Shown here piece after piece: positions 36,201-49,291 of a DNA stretch of 64,000 bases. The stretch is taken from the NCBI GenBank assembly GCA_001724265.1, contig MEDY01000660.1, forward strand, positions 124,001-188,000. Reading direction: 5' to 3'. Position numbers and translations under genes: made by a program. How positions within the stretch are numbered: position 1 is the first letter of the stretch; each line of letters opens with the position of its first letter. Origin of the DNA: Rhizaria sp. SCN 62-66. Its lineage: Eukaryota. The notes beneath the pieces were generated by a model. That model saw only the letters and a list, made by a program, of their open reading frames with translations. It did no database searches and was not told the origin of the DNA.

Positions 36201-39200
36201 GTTGTTGCTCGTCCGACTGGCGTGGCCAGAGGCACTGCCGCTGTGGCTGGGGTAGGTGGAGAGCGTCGTCGTCACCGCAGCTAAATCGTTCTCGTTGCTG
36301 TTCTTGGAGCGCAGGGGCGCGCGCAAAGAACCCTTCTCACCCCTGTTGATGTTTGCGTTGTAGTTGATGACAACACCGTTCACAAGATCATCAGAAGTAA
36401 CGCCATTGTTGATTTTGCCGTCGATGGCGACTGCGACAGCGGGTTGAGGGAGCAGCGGTAGAGCGTCATTGTAAGCATTGGCATAGCCAATGCCGGCAGC
36501 GCCGTAGTTGTTAAAAGGAAGTAGTCCAGTGAGCATTGCCCAAGCAACGGGGTCGCAGCAGCAGGGGCACGCCACGCACGGGCAGCAGTCACATCCGGCA
36601 GTAGCGCGAACATTCGCATTGGGAACAGTGTCAACGAGGTTTTGGCTGTCGGAGTCGCCGAGCGAGACGCAAGGCACCAGGTTAGTGTGACCAGTGACTG
36701 GGGCAACTTCAGCGCTCGAGTTTCCGCCAGTCATCGGAGCAGCGGTGGCAACGGCAGCGGTGCGGCTGCTGGGACTGCCACTGCCGCTGTTCAAGTGGCT
36801 GTAGTTGTGACTGTTGCCGAGGCGCACCGCAGCCTCGCTGTCCGCAACGCTGGCAGTGACCACAGGCGCCACAGCAACGGCTGCGACATGGGCGGCAGTG
36901 GCCGGGCTCGCGCGAGCCGACGACGACTGTGAAGCGACCGCGTCCCACTTAGACGCCACAAGGTCACCCTTAGACAGCTCAGTACTGGCGACAACGGTGG
37001 CCTCAGCAGCAGCAGCAGCAGCGGTTGCAGCAGCATCAGCAGCGGCAGCGGCGTCCGCGGCGGCCGCGAGCGCTGCCGCCAACACAGGTGCGTCAATACC
37101 GGTGATGCGGCGCCTATGCTTACCCGCGGCCGCAGTCGCGGCCAGTGCAGCCGCGCTGGCGCTGGTGCTCATGGGAGCAAAGGGCACCACAGCGGGGCTG
37201 GCGGCGGCGCTCGCGTTGGTGCTGCCGCCGCCGCTGCCGTTGGTGCTGCGGGCCACGGTGGCAGCGTTTGCGGTCGCGTCGCCCGCGGAGTTGCCCACGG
37301 TGACGGAAGCACCGCCGGCGCTGAGCGACGGGGAGCTGTTGACAGCTGTGCCGGGGTTCGCGCCGTTGCTCAAAGCCGAGCCGGGCGGCGGAGTCGCGCG
37401 CGTGAGCGAGGGCGACGGGCGCTCGTGGTTGTGGCCGTGAGCAGGCGAGTTGCCCTGCGCGGGGGTGGCGACGTGGGGCAGTGCACGAGTGTGTGATTGT
37501 GACTGAGCCTGCGTCTGCCCCTGCGTTTGCGCCAATGACAGACCGACCAGGTGCAGCTGCTGTTGCTGCTGGTGCTGCAACAACTGCTGTTGCTGCTGTG
37601 CCAAGAGCAGCGGCGAGTGCGGGGATGAGCCGGCCGCGACAGCTGTACCGTTGCTGTTGTAGTTTACATTGCTGTGTAGCTGCAGCGGCGACAATCCCTG
37701 AGCCTGCTGCTGCTGTTGCTGCAGCTGCTGTGAATTTTGCGAAAGCTGAATCTGTAGCTGCAACTGCTGCAACTGCGGCGACTGCGCCAGCGCCTGCGTA
37801 AGCGACTGAGTGCGCGCGTGCTGCGGGGGGAACGGCGGCTGCGATTGGGGCTGGAACTGGGACAGGACGACGCCGGAGCCCACGGCCACCGCTGTCGTCG
37901 CGGGGCTCATCCCCAGAGCAGCCGCGCCACTCGCGACAACGTCGCCATTGTTGGCGTTGTTGCTGGTCCAGCGCTGGGTGCGGCGCGAGCGGCGAGACGC
38001 GCGGGAGGTCTGGCTCGCGCCTTCGGTCTCGTCGTCGCCGAGCTCGCCGTCGCCGTCGCGGCCGTACGGGGGCCGCTGCGACTGCTGGTAGTAGTCGTGC
38101 TGCGAGATCGAAGGCATATCCGTGGACACGACATTCTGCCCGGCCAGCGTTGGGCTCGAGACTGCAGCGGCGAAGCCTGCGCTAGTGCTCCCAGCGGCGT
38201 TGCCGCTGGCACTTCGACTGAAGCTGAGAGGGCTGAGGCTGCTGTAGACACTGGGGCCTGCGGTGGGGCCGGCGGGAACCATGTTCAGCGATGGCATGAT
38301 GTCGTACGCCATGGTCTCGGGCAGCCTGCGGGCGGGCACGCGGCCGCTGCTGCTGCTACTGCCGCTGCGGGTGCCACCGCCGGCGCCGCCCATGTTGACG
38401 TTTGCGTCCCCGACGGGTGGGCGCGCGACGAGACGCGGGGCGCGGCCTGACGCAGAGCCAGTGGCAGAGCTGGCATTCGCAGCCGCATTCGCAGCCGCAG
38501 CAGCGGAGGCGGCGGCAGCGGCAGTGGGGCTGGGGCCAGGGCTTCCAGGGGCGGCGCTGGTGTTGGCGCTGGAGAGCGCGCGCGAGGCGCCCAGCGGGGG
38601 CGACACGGGGGGCAGCAGGGCGTCTGAGCTGGTGTTGATGTTGTTGTTGTAGCCGACAAACGCGGTGCTCGTGCGGCGAGAGGGCGCTGCGCTGGCAGTG
38701 CTGTTGGATCCGACGCCAGCTGCACAGAAGTTCGTCGGGCCAGCAGTAGGAGCGGCGGCGCACTGGACCTGGCCTTGCGCTTGCGACTGAGACTGAGTGA
38801 GGCTTCTCGCCGACGACGAGGACGAAGATGAAGACACAGTGACCGCGAGTTGCGGCAGCGCTGAAGCACTGACGCCCGCAGTCGCGCTGCCACCGTGCCT
38901 GTTGGGGCTCTGAGCTTGGCTCTGGCTTTGCGACTGCGTCTCCATCGGGCCGTTGCTGTTGTCGTAGCCATAGCTCTGCGTGTGCAGCAGACTGTGGCTG
39001 TGCACGTGCGTTTGTGTGAGGCTGTGGCTGTGCATAAAGTTGCTGTGAGAGCGCCCGTGGCCGGACCCAGACCCGTGCACGTGCATCGGCAAAGGCGCAG
39101 CGGTAGTCGTGACTGTAGACATCGGAGCACCCGCAATATCTGCGCTGTAAGCGCTCATGTTGTTGCTTGTGATGGTGTGCAGCACTTGCGTGTGCGTCTG

Positions 39201-42200
39201 TGTGATGCTGACCCTGTGGGTAGTCACGGCGTGCGGGTGCTGAGGGCAGTCGCGGCAGTGGGCGGCCACACCGGAGTGGGCGCGACTGCAGCCCACTGCG
39301 TGGCCGTCCGGTAGCAGCAGCACCACACCGTTAGCGCCGACAACACTCGGAGCAAGCGCGGTGCTGTCGCCGTCGCCGCTGTTGACGGTCAGAGCGGTGA
39401 GACGGCCGTGCGCGCGCGCGCAGTGGTGTGAGTGCGGCGGCAATGCGGCCGGCAGCGGCTGCGGCTGCGCGGGCGCGTACTGGTGCAGCAGCAACGGCGA
39501 CACACTGCTTCTCATGTTCAAACCAGCAGCAGAAACAGTGCCGTACGCACGGCTGTTGCGGGCCGACGTGTTCGCAGTGCCAAGCCCGTTCTTGGCCGCT
39601 CCAGCGGCGGTGTAGCTCACGGCATTGAGGCTGCTCTCGTTGTCGAGCTTGGACTGGCTCTGCGCGGCGTGCAGCATCGCGAGGGTGCTGCCACCGGGCG
39701 TGAGCGCGGGCGCAAACCAGAGGCAGTGCACGACGCCCGCGAGCGTGCCCAGCAGCCGCTCCTGCATCACGGGTAGCGCGCCGACAACGCTGCCGCGGCG
39801 CACTGGCACCGGCGACGCGGGCGCGTGTGCGCCCATAACGCCGGCGGCGGTGCGGCCCGCGGTGAGCTGCAGCAGCGTGCACAGCCGCTGCAGCGCGCTG
39901 AGGCTGGCCGAGGCCACGTCAGCGATGCTGCCGGCGTCTGCGGCGCGCAGCGCGATGACGAACGCGCCGCGGCCGCTGCCGGAATGGCTCTGCGCGGCGC
40001 CCGCGCCGGCCGTCTGGCCGCGGGGCCCGTAGAGCGGGTGCGTGAGCAGGTGGCGGCGCAGCACGCTGGCAGGCGACAGGGCGCGCGCGAGGCGGGCGGC
40101 GCGCACGGCAGCGCGGCGGGACGCGGAGGCGGCGGCCGTGGCGGCAGCGGCGGCCGCGGAAGCGAGCGCGATGGTGTGCGAGTGGGCGTTGTGGCTCTCG
40201 TGGTGGCTGGGATGGCAGCAGTGACTGGTCGCGGTGTGTGACTGGCTTTGCACCGTCGCGCCGCGGTGGCGAGGGTGCCTGCGCGGGGGCCGCAGACTGC
40301 CCCGACCGCGCACATTATAGCCGTCGCTACTGTCGTTGTTGTGGCTGTACGCGGAGCTGAGGTTGGCGTTGCCGAGGTTGAGCGCCATGCTCACGGCGCT
40401 GGTGCGCGCAGTGTTGATGCAGTTGCTGTGGGTGTGGTGGTCCGAGTCGTCGCAGTGAGCCGAGGTCGTCGTCTCGCCGCGCACCCGACCCAGCCCCGGG
40501 ATGGCCAAGTACGCGTCGCTTGTGGTCCCTGTAGCAGTGTTGACTTCGGGCAGTGCGTCGATGCTCCCAGCGCCAGTCGCAGGTGCAGGCGTCGCGCTGG
40601 CGTCGCCCCTGCCGCTGGAACCATCGTCAGACAGACAATCGCATTCACAGTAACAGCGCTCGTCGGCATCTTTGGCATCTTGGTCATCGGCACTGTGAGT
40701 GTTCGCTCGAATCTTGCTCGCCCTCGGCTTCTGGATGTGCGCATCACAGTCAGTGTAGGAGCACAGCTGCGACGAGCTCGAGCCCGAGCCCGAGCCACTC
40801 TCACTTCCGCTGTCGACAGTCGAGTTACACTCATAATGACTGCAATCATTATTGCTGCAATCCAAACCAGAGTCCGAGCCCGAGTCGGAGTGGGAGTACC
40901 AGGCGTCGCTGTTGCTGTCTTCGCTGTCGCTCAGCTCCACAACAGCAGGCGACATCACTGCAGCTGCAGCAGCAGCGGCGGCAGAGGAAGCAGCAGCCGC
41001 ACTCGCGGTACCAGTAGAACTGTTACCACGCTTATTGAGGTTCTTCATGTTGTTGCGGCCTCTCCGACCCCAGCCCTTACCACCCACAGCGTTGTTCTTA
41101 TTTTCATTGCCGCTCTTAGGCCTGAGTTCGCGCCGCGCGCCGTCATCCGCGTCGCCGCACTCGCCGCGCACGAGATGCAGCAGCGCCGCCGCGGCCTGGC
41201 ACGCGGCCTCGACCACGGGCGCGCCCGCGGCGGCCGCGAGCGGGCCGACGGAGCTGGAGAAGGCCTCCACGGCTTCCGCGGTAAGGAAGCGCAGCGGCAG
41301 GAGACCGCGCGCGAGGGTGCGCTCGCGGACGCGGCCGCTGCGGGTCGCCGCGGGCAGCAGCGAGCGCGCGAGCAGCGACAGCGCGGGCGCAGAGGAGCAG
41401 GAGCAGAGGTACGCGGCGGCGCGGGCCGCGGGTGGCACTGCAGCGCACAACAGACACCCGCTCACAGCATTGTTATCGCTGTAGCTACCAGCGCGAAGCC
41501 AGGCTGCAGTCGAGGCAGCCGCCGCGGCCGCGGCTGCGGAGGCCGCGGCGGCGGCGGCCGTGGCGGGCAGCAGCAGCGGCAGCGCGGAGTCGTCTTCGTC
41601 CTCGGCGGGCGTCGTTAGCGCCGGCACCAGCAGCGAGGGCAGTGCGTGGCGCGGCGCGGGCGTCAGCAAGAAGGGCAACACGTGGCCGTTGCCATGCGTC
41701 ATGCCAGCGCAGCCGTTGCCAGCAGCGTCGCGGACAACGTCAACACTCGCGTTGCTTTCGTTCAATTCAAAGTTATAATTGTCGTAATTGCTGTTGCTGT
41801 TGACGTCAGAGCGCTTGGCGAGCTCTTGCGCAACTTCCTTGGCATCTGGTGCAGAGAGCAAGTCGGCAGAGGCCGCCGCGGGTAGCAGCCATGCCGCGGG
41901 CAGCGGGGCTGGGCCGGGCAGCGGCGGCGCGGGCGGCACGACGGCCTGCGACTGCGCCTGCCACAGCGCGCTGCCGCCACCGCCTTGCTGCTGTTGCTGC
42001 GGAGTGAGGTTGCTTAGACCGGGCGGGATGTACTGCGGCCACAGGTCCGCCGCGGCGGCCGCAGCGCCGGCGGCTGCGGCGGGCGGCAGCGGCAGCGGGG
42101 CCAGCCGCAGGCGCGTGCGCTTGGGCAGCAGCCACTGGCGCTGCGCCTTGGCCGGGACGGCGACCTGAGTTGCGTCGTCTGCACCGGCGTTGGCGATAGT

Positions 42201-45200
42201 GTGGTGCTGCTTGCGCTGCTGCTTAGAGCGTTTCTTAGTGACGTAATAGGCGTTGTTGTCATCGCTGTCGCTGCAGTCGTGGTCCCGGTCGCTCTCGTAG
42301 CCAATGAGAACGTTGCCGTAGATGTCGCGGGGCGGGTCTTCGTGCTGCTCGCGGTCGCCGCTGTGCTGCGGATCACGGTCACGGTCACGATCGTGCTGAG
42401 TGTAGTCGCCACTATCTTTGCGCTCGAGCTCCAAGCTGTTGCCGCGTTGCAGCCCACGCTTCTCTAGGTCTTGCTCTTGATCCTTGTGCTCTTGCTGCTG
42501 CTGATGCTGCTGCTGCTCCGCTGCGGTTGAGGGGCCGGGAGTGCTGCCGCGCGAGAGCGAGATGTGGCCGAGGTCACGGTTCTGCTGGTACCGGTCGCCA
42601 CTCGCGCTGTCCACGGCTCCGTGGCCGCTGTTCACGTTTGCGCTCGCGCGTGCATTCACGTTGGTTTTCGCGTTATTACTGTTATCATCGGTATCAGGAT
42701 CTGAGTCGCCAGACGCGACAGCGGACTTGGCCACTGTCGTCGGCACGTTGTGCACGTTGCCAGAACTCTGGGTCCGCGCACCAGCGCCGAGCTTCGGACT
42801 CGGCTTGAGCCTGCCGCCGAGGCTCAGGAGCCCCGCCGCAGTGCCCAGCGGGGGGCTGCCACTCTTGCTATTGCCGGCAGCACAGTCTGCGGTCGCAGCG
42901 GCGCCGGATCGGCTGTAACTGCGACTCTGGCTGTTGCTATTGCTGTGGCTGAGCCCAGTGTGGGCAGCGTGGTGGCGCGCTTTGAGGCTCGCACCCTTGA
43001 AGCTAGGAGAACCGCGATACAGCGGGTTTTCAGTTGCATTTGCAGCTACAGCTGCAGGAGAGCTTGTGTTTGCCTTAGCGGGCACGGTGACTGTGGTCGT
43101 CGCCACGGTTGTCGTCGTCAGAGTCGTCGTGGTCAAGGTAGCGCCAGCCCCGTCGGCACCGCTGCTGGACTCGTGGCCACTGGCGCGGGTCTCGCGACCA
43201 CTGGCACGGCTCGAACTGTTGTGGAGACTCCCGCCGAGTGTTTTACTGCCAGCCGTGCTGTGTTGCGCGGTCATAGACGCGCCCGCGGTCATCACCAGCC
43301 CGCTGCCAACGTGGTCAGAACTCTCAGCGCTCTTCGAGACGTCCCCAGTGTAGTGACGGCAGTCATGACGGTGGCGACCTGTGTGACTGTGAGCCGCGCA
43401 GCGACCGTGGCCGTGCTTGTGCTGGTCGTTGTGGCCGTGCTTGCAGTGGTTGCGGTTGTGCTTGCTGCTGTTGCTGCTGCTAGCACCGACAGAAACACCC
43501 TTTGACGGCAGCACACCCTTTAACTCAGCATCAGCGTCGATGATCTCAATCACACACACACCCTTACCAGTCGCACCTCCACTCGCCGACGCACTTGTGC
43601 TCACAAACTCAGCGTCACGCACACCAGCATGAGTGCTGCTAGTCGAAACGATGTGGCCGTTGGAGATCGCCGCGGCATCGGCGGCCCGATCAGCGCTGAC
43701 CTTGGCCGCCGCAGCAGCCTTCGCAGTCGCACTCCTGAACCGCAGCGCAATGCGCACCGCGCCCTCGCACACGACACACGCGTGGTCGCCGCCCCTGCGA
43801 CTGTGTGCAGCTCCAGCAGAGTGACCGTGAGCGCCTGCGTGACTGTGAGCTGCAGCGGTTGCAGAGCTCATGTCCGAGTGGCTGTGCGCGCGAGGCACAC
43901 CGCGCAGCAGCGCCAGCAGCAGCGGGTTGCCGTGCGGCGACGTGCGCTGCGGCAGGTCGATCAGCGCGGCCAGCAGAGTGCCCGCGCTGCCCGCGACGAG
44001 CCGCGGCCACAGGGGCGGCACTGTCACGGCCACCGCCGTCGCAGTTGCGGTGACGGTGATCACGGTCGTGCTGCCGCTCGCGGTGCTCTTGCCGCCAGAG
44101 ATACGACTCGCGGTGTCGGTGTCGGCATTCAGCACGGCCATCTCGATCGAACTGCCGTTGTCCGCTTTGCCGGAACCGTTTGCGTTGCTCAGAGTTACAG
44201 TCTTACCAGCAGTTGCTGAAACTGTGTTTGTGGTGGGAGCCTTGCTTTCGTCCTCGGTCTTCGAGGTCGTCGTCGTCGTCGTCGTCGTCACTGTCGTGGT
44301 GGTGGCTGTGAGCGCCTTGGCCGTGCACCGGGCCTCGAGCACAATCGCCAGCGGCTCCAGCACCAGCGCGTGCACGACGATCGCGCCCACGAACGACACT
44401 GCCCAGCCCCAGTCGCCGAGCGGAGCGCCCAGCACGGCGCCCGAGCCCGCGTCCACCGCGGGCGCGAGGGTCGGCAGCGAGACGAACGCGATGACCGGGA
44501 TCACGAGCCCCGCCAGCCAGCCGAAGACGGTCACCGCTCCAGCAGTGTACAAGCCGGCCGCGCGGCCGCACATGGGCACGGTCACTGCGGTGCTCGCCGC
44601 GTTGGCGCCATCCGCGCCGGCTCTAGAAGCCGCTCCCTGGCTCTGCGCCGCTGCCGCAGTCGTGGACGTGGCTGTGGCGGGGTGGCGCGAGCGGCTCTGT
44701 CCGCGGTCACTGCTCTGGGCATGATCGCGGTCGCGGTCACGACTGCGCCCGCGGCCGCGCCCGCCCTGGCGGCTGCTGGGTCGGCTCGAGGGCCGGCTGC
44801 TGTCGCCAGTCGACTCGTCGTAGTTCCCGTGAGAAGCGCCTCGCTTCGCACTGTAGTTCTTGCTGCCGCTGCTGCGACGACGGGAGTTTTGCTGCGGATC
44901 GTAGTTGTTGTCGGTGCGACTGTGACCGCGACTGTTGCCTCCAGTGTCGACGCCGCTCGTGTCACTCATGTCGCCGCCGCTGCTACTGCCGCCGCCGCTG
45001 CCGCCGCCGCTGTGGCCCCTGCGGCGCGCTGCCCCTGTCCCGCCACCCTCAGTGGCGAGCGCGAGCGCCGGAGCGCCCAGCAGCAGCGCGGCGTCGGTCG
45101 TGCTGCTCTCCCAGTTGGCGCACGACTCGCTGGCGTCGCGCAGCACCAGCGGCGCCTGCCGGCCAGAGGCTGCGGCCGACGCGGCGGAGACCACCTTGGA

Positions 45201-48200
45201 CGCAGCGACGGCCGCGGCCTCAGCGGCAGCTGCGACGCTTGTGTGCGCACCTGCCGCGTTGGAGTGCTGGTCGTTGTTGCCGACGGCAGCGAAAGGACCG
45301 TGGAAGCGGCCGACGCCGCCTGCTGGCGCGCTGCAGTCGCCCATGTTGCCGGCCGCCGCGGCCGCCGCAGCCGCTGTGCGCGCGTTGGTCGCCGCTGTGT
45401 GCCGCGCCCGCGCCAGCGCCACTGCGCGCTCGTGCGCCGTGACGCCCGCGGCGGCGGCGTTCGTGGGCGCCGGCAGTTGCGCGGCGTCGTAGGCGACGGC
45501 GTTGTGCCACCATCCCTGCTGCAGCCACGCCTGGACAGGCCCGCGCATCGCGGCCTGCTCGCTCACGGTCACCGCGGCCGCGCGCATGCGCTCGATCGAC
45601 GCCGCCACAATCGCGCCGTTCGCGCTGCTCCGCGCGTTGCCGGCCGAGGCCGGGAGCGGGGCTCCGGCGAGGGAGAGCTGCGTCTGCGCCTGCGCGTGCT
45701 GCGTGATGGCGGGCGACAGCAGGTCCGGGTTGGCGCATACGATCCAGAAAGCTTCGCACAGCAGCACGAGCACGGGGCCCGGGTGCAGCGGCGGCAGCTG
45801 CAGCGGGTCCAGCAGCAGCGCGGCGCGCGAGAAGCGCGACTCGGCGTCCGCGCCCGCGGCCGAGGCCGAGCCGAGGGAGCACGAATCCGTCACCACCGTC
45901 GAGCAGCTGGTGCGGCCGCCGTGGCCGAGCAGGCTGCTGGCGGCGGCGCAGGCAACGCGCGCGCTCTCGCAGCAGCTCGCGTCCGCATCGCTGGCCGTGG
46001 CGTGCGTCGTTGCCGTGCTAGTCGGGTGCAGCGAGTGGAACACGGCCCGCAGCCGCCGGCGGAGGCGCTCCAGCGTGGCTGCACCTGCGCCGGCGGAGAC
46101 AGCGGCCTGGCTCTGCGACTCGCCCGCGGCGGGCGCGCGCGCAAGAGTGAGCGAGAGGTCGCTGTAGAGCAGCAGGGCCGATAACCGGCGCAGCACGGCA
46201 GCGCGCTCTTTGACAATGCTGCTGTTGCTGCGATGGAGCGGCGGACTTGCGTTTGCGCTGTGGTTCGCTCTAACAGCCGCAGATGCAGCAGCAGCCGGGT
46301 GAGTGGCAGCACCGTCGAACAGAGGACTAGAGCCCGTGCCAGCAAAGTTGCCGTTGCTGTTGTTGAACGAGTTCGCCGGCGAGTTGCTGTGGGCGCAGGT
46401 GTGCGCTATGGGCAGCGCAGAGGGCAGCGGCAGCACGCAGAGCTCGTTGCTAGCAACTACACTGCTCTCAACAACAGCAGCAGCAGCAGCGGTTGCAGCA
46501 CTACCTTGCGCGGGTTTGGCGTTGACAGCAACACTAGCAGCAGCAATGCTGCTGTTTTGGTCATGAGCATTTTCGGACGCTCTGGCCGCATTGCCAACCC
46601 TGGCCTTGCTGACCACATTCGCCTCCTCGCCACCGGCTGCGGCGCTCTGCTGAGGCGCCACAGCAGCAACGGCGACCGCAGGCGCGGGCAGCGCCGGGAG
46701 CCCGATGCCGCCGGTCTGCGACACGGCGCGCGCCCACGACGTGACCTGCGCCTCGTAGGACGACCAGCCCTCGATCACGCGGCTTAGCTTTGAGTTGCGG
46801 CTAAGCTTGGACGCACCCGCAGTGAACATGGCGTCCTGTTGCTGTTGCAGCGACTGAGGCTTGTTGCCGCCACCATTGTTGTTCGCAGCAGCGCTCGCAT
46901 TGTAGTCGGACGAGCTGCCCGCCGTCATATTGTTATTGCTATTGTGAACCGGGAACTCGTCGTTCCTGTTCACAACGCGCGAGACGCTGCTGCGGCGGCG
47001 CCTCGCCCCGCCCGCGCCGCCGCCCGCCCCGCCGGCGCTGCTGGCGGCGCCGCCGGTGCCGGCGTTCCCGAGCCCCGCCCTGGCCTCAACCACGGCCTTG
47101 TAGTAGTTAACCACGAACCGCACAAACCGCGCACCGCCGAGCCGGCCCGAGCCCAGCGCCCGCGCGAGCGCGCGCGCCACGGCCCAGGCCGCGACGGCCG
47201 CGGCGACGGCGGTGATGGCCACGCGCGCGCCGACGGGCAGCACGGCCGGCGCCCAAAGTGACAGCGCGTTGCCCAGTACCGAGGTGACGGCAAAGGCAAC
47301 CGAGAGCGCGGCCGCCGCGGTGAGCGCGCGGTCCAGCGAGCGGTACGCCGCGGCCGGGTAGCGTGACGTGATCGAGAGCCACGGGTGCGCGCGGGCGAGC
47401 GCTGGCCACAGCCACGCCCAGCCGCGCAGCCCCGACAGCGTCGGGGTGACTGTGAGCGAGGGGTCCGTGCCGGAGGCGCCCGCTGCGGGGGCCGCGGAGG
47501 CGGGGTCGGCCGCGGCGGCGGCGCTGCGGCCGTCGCGGGGGACGTTAGCGCTGTCGTCGCCGCCGCCACTGCTGCTGCTGTTGTTGTTGTTCCCAGCAGA
47601 GGTGACCACGGAGGTCGACGAGGTTGTCGCCGAGCCAGATGTGGTGCTCGTCGTTGTTTTCGTCGTCGTCGTCATGGACGTCGTGATGGGCTCCCAGGTG
47701 CGCAGCCCCGTGAGGGAGTACGCGTAGGCGTACCGCCTCCGCTGGAAGTACAGCGGCCCGTGCTTGATTAGCGAGGCCACGTGCGCTTCGACGGCCTGGA
47801 GCGCGCAGAAGTCGAGCCAGGCGTCGCGGGAGACTGCGTAGAGACACAGAAAGAAAGAGATGAGGACGAGAATGGCAGCTGTTATGCCTGTCTCGAGTAC
47901 CGCGTCCAAGGCTAAGGTGGCAGAGCGAAAAGTGTTTGAAGTATCGGGAAGTGAGTGAGGAGCGCAATTAACGGGGATATAAGAGCTATATCTACACGAC
48001 ATACAGAATTAAACACTCGTTTCATTCGTCAAATGTGCAAGATTTACTAGGCCACCTATTGGTTCGCAATAGCAGTGTAGATGTAAAGCAGGAGTCGTGT
48101 CCGAGTGTCAAGCTCAAGGTTTGAAGCAGAGCGTCTGGTGAATAGTGCTTGCACGTACATGACCCTCGAACGGGAGAAATCAGTGCCATGACAACCCCCA

Positions 48201-48237
48201 AGCCAAGCCAAACGGGCCGGACAGGGAGACCGTGCAT
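30216..48237 (-). CDS. Giant polycystin-1 (PKD1)-like multi-pass membrane protein (about 5924 aa); exons 48237-48159 and 47911-30216, in-frame TAG at 30875-30873
   Basis: A signal-like first exon MHGLPVRPVWLGLGVVMALISPVRGS joins in phase 1 via a GTACGT...TTAG intron. HPWLSITSRYPAAAYRSLDRALT and WAVSFVGAIVVHALVLEPL resemble PKD1-family TM2 and TM5 motifs. The rest is low complexity; TAA stop at 30218-30216. Confidence 0.6.
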
Positions 48238-49291
48238 GATCACTGGCCACCTGAGAGCACAGCAGACGCGGAAGCGCGCGGAGGGGTGGCGTGAGCGACA
48301 AGAGAGGGCGAGACCAGCAACGGGACGGGGAAAACAGAAGGGTTAGCGGAGCCGAAGATTGCGTCATAGAGTTAAAAACACGCCAGACAGAAAATAAACA
48401 AGCGGGAAAACACGATATCCGATGGTTGCACGTTGAGAATGCGACGCCTGGCTCCTGAGGGCAGGATAAGAAGGATTGCCAGAGGCGTCAGGTCGAGGTA
48501 AGCACGGCCTCCTTCGAAAGTGACGTTTCGATCTTCTTGCACTTAAAGTTAGAGCAGAGATTTAATAAACGGGGCATTTTCGCATCAAAAATACAAGATA
48601 TAATATCCACTGCCCTATTGGACGTTCACATTTTGAGCTAGACTCCGCACAAAATTTTGCACTCGGCCCCTTTTGGACTCGCCACCACACAGTCTCTTCG
48701 GTTATGACTCAACACACCCGATTTTAGTACTAACACGTGCACACAGAACACAGAAGATATATGAGGTGATATGAAATCAAAAGTGAAGTATCATGTGATT
48801 TGACTAAAGAAATATATGTATCTGTTATAAAAAAAGGTTGTTTTGTCTTGCTTCATGTCGTATTACGAATAGCCACAACACGTTAACACGAACTTCACGT
48901 ACGCCTGCACACTGCCAGTGCACCTATTGGCATACATGATGTGATTTTGCGTTGTTTCCCTTCTTCTTTTGGTGTGTTTTAGTTGTTTTCGCTTGTTTTT
49001 TGTTGCTATTTGTTTGTTGTTGAAGTAATGCGTGCGACTCAGTCATCATCTTATGGACTCACTGATGGAAAGCACAACTTCCGTATTATTGAGATCTAAC
49101 TAGGATTAAAAACGATTACATTTGCGTACGTACATACTACAGACTAATACTATAAATCAGCAGCAATTCTCTCCCGCCAATCTCACACCCCATACTCTCA
49201 CATACGCACAGCTCGCAACTGGTTCTGAGCTCTGAGCACAGTGGACGTGTGGTGTGTTTTGACTGCGACGGCCGAGCGCTCAGCACACTGC

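Noticed and set aside
4518-48711. AP-1/GCN4-like TGASTCA palindromes (4518, 4540, 9137, 9876, 11534, 48705)
   Set aside because: There are few copies in mixed 5' and 3' positions, which cannot be distinguished from background without a genome-wide test.
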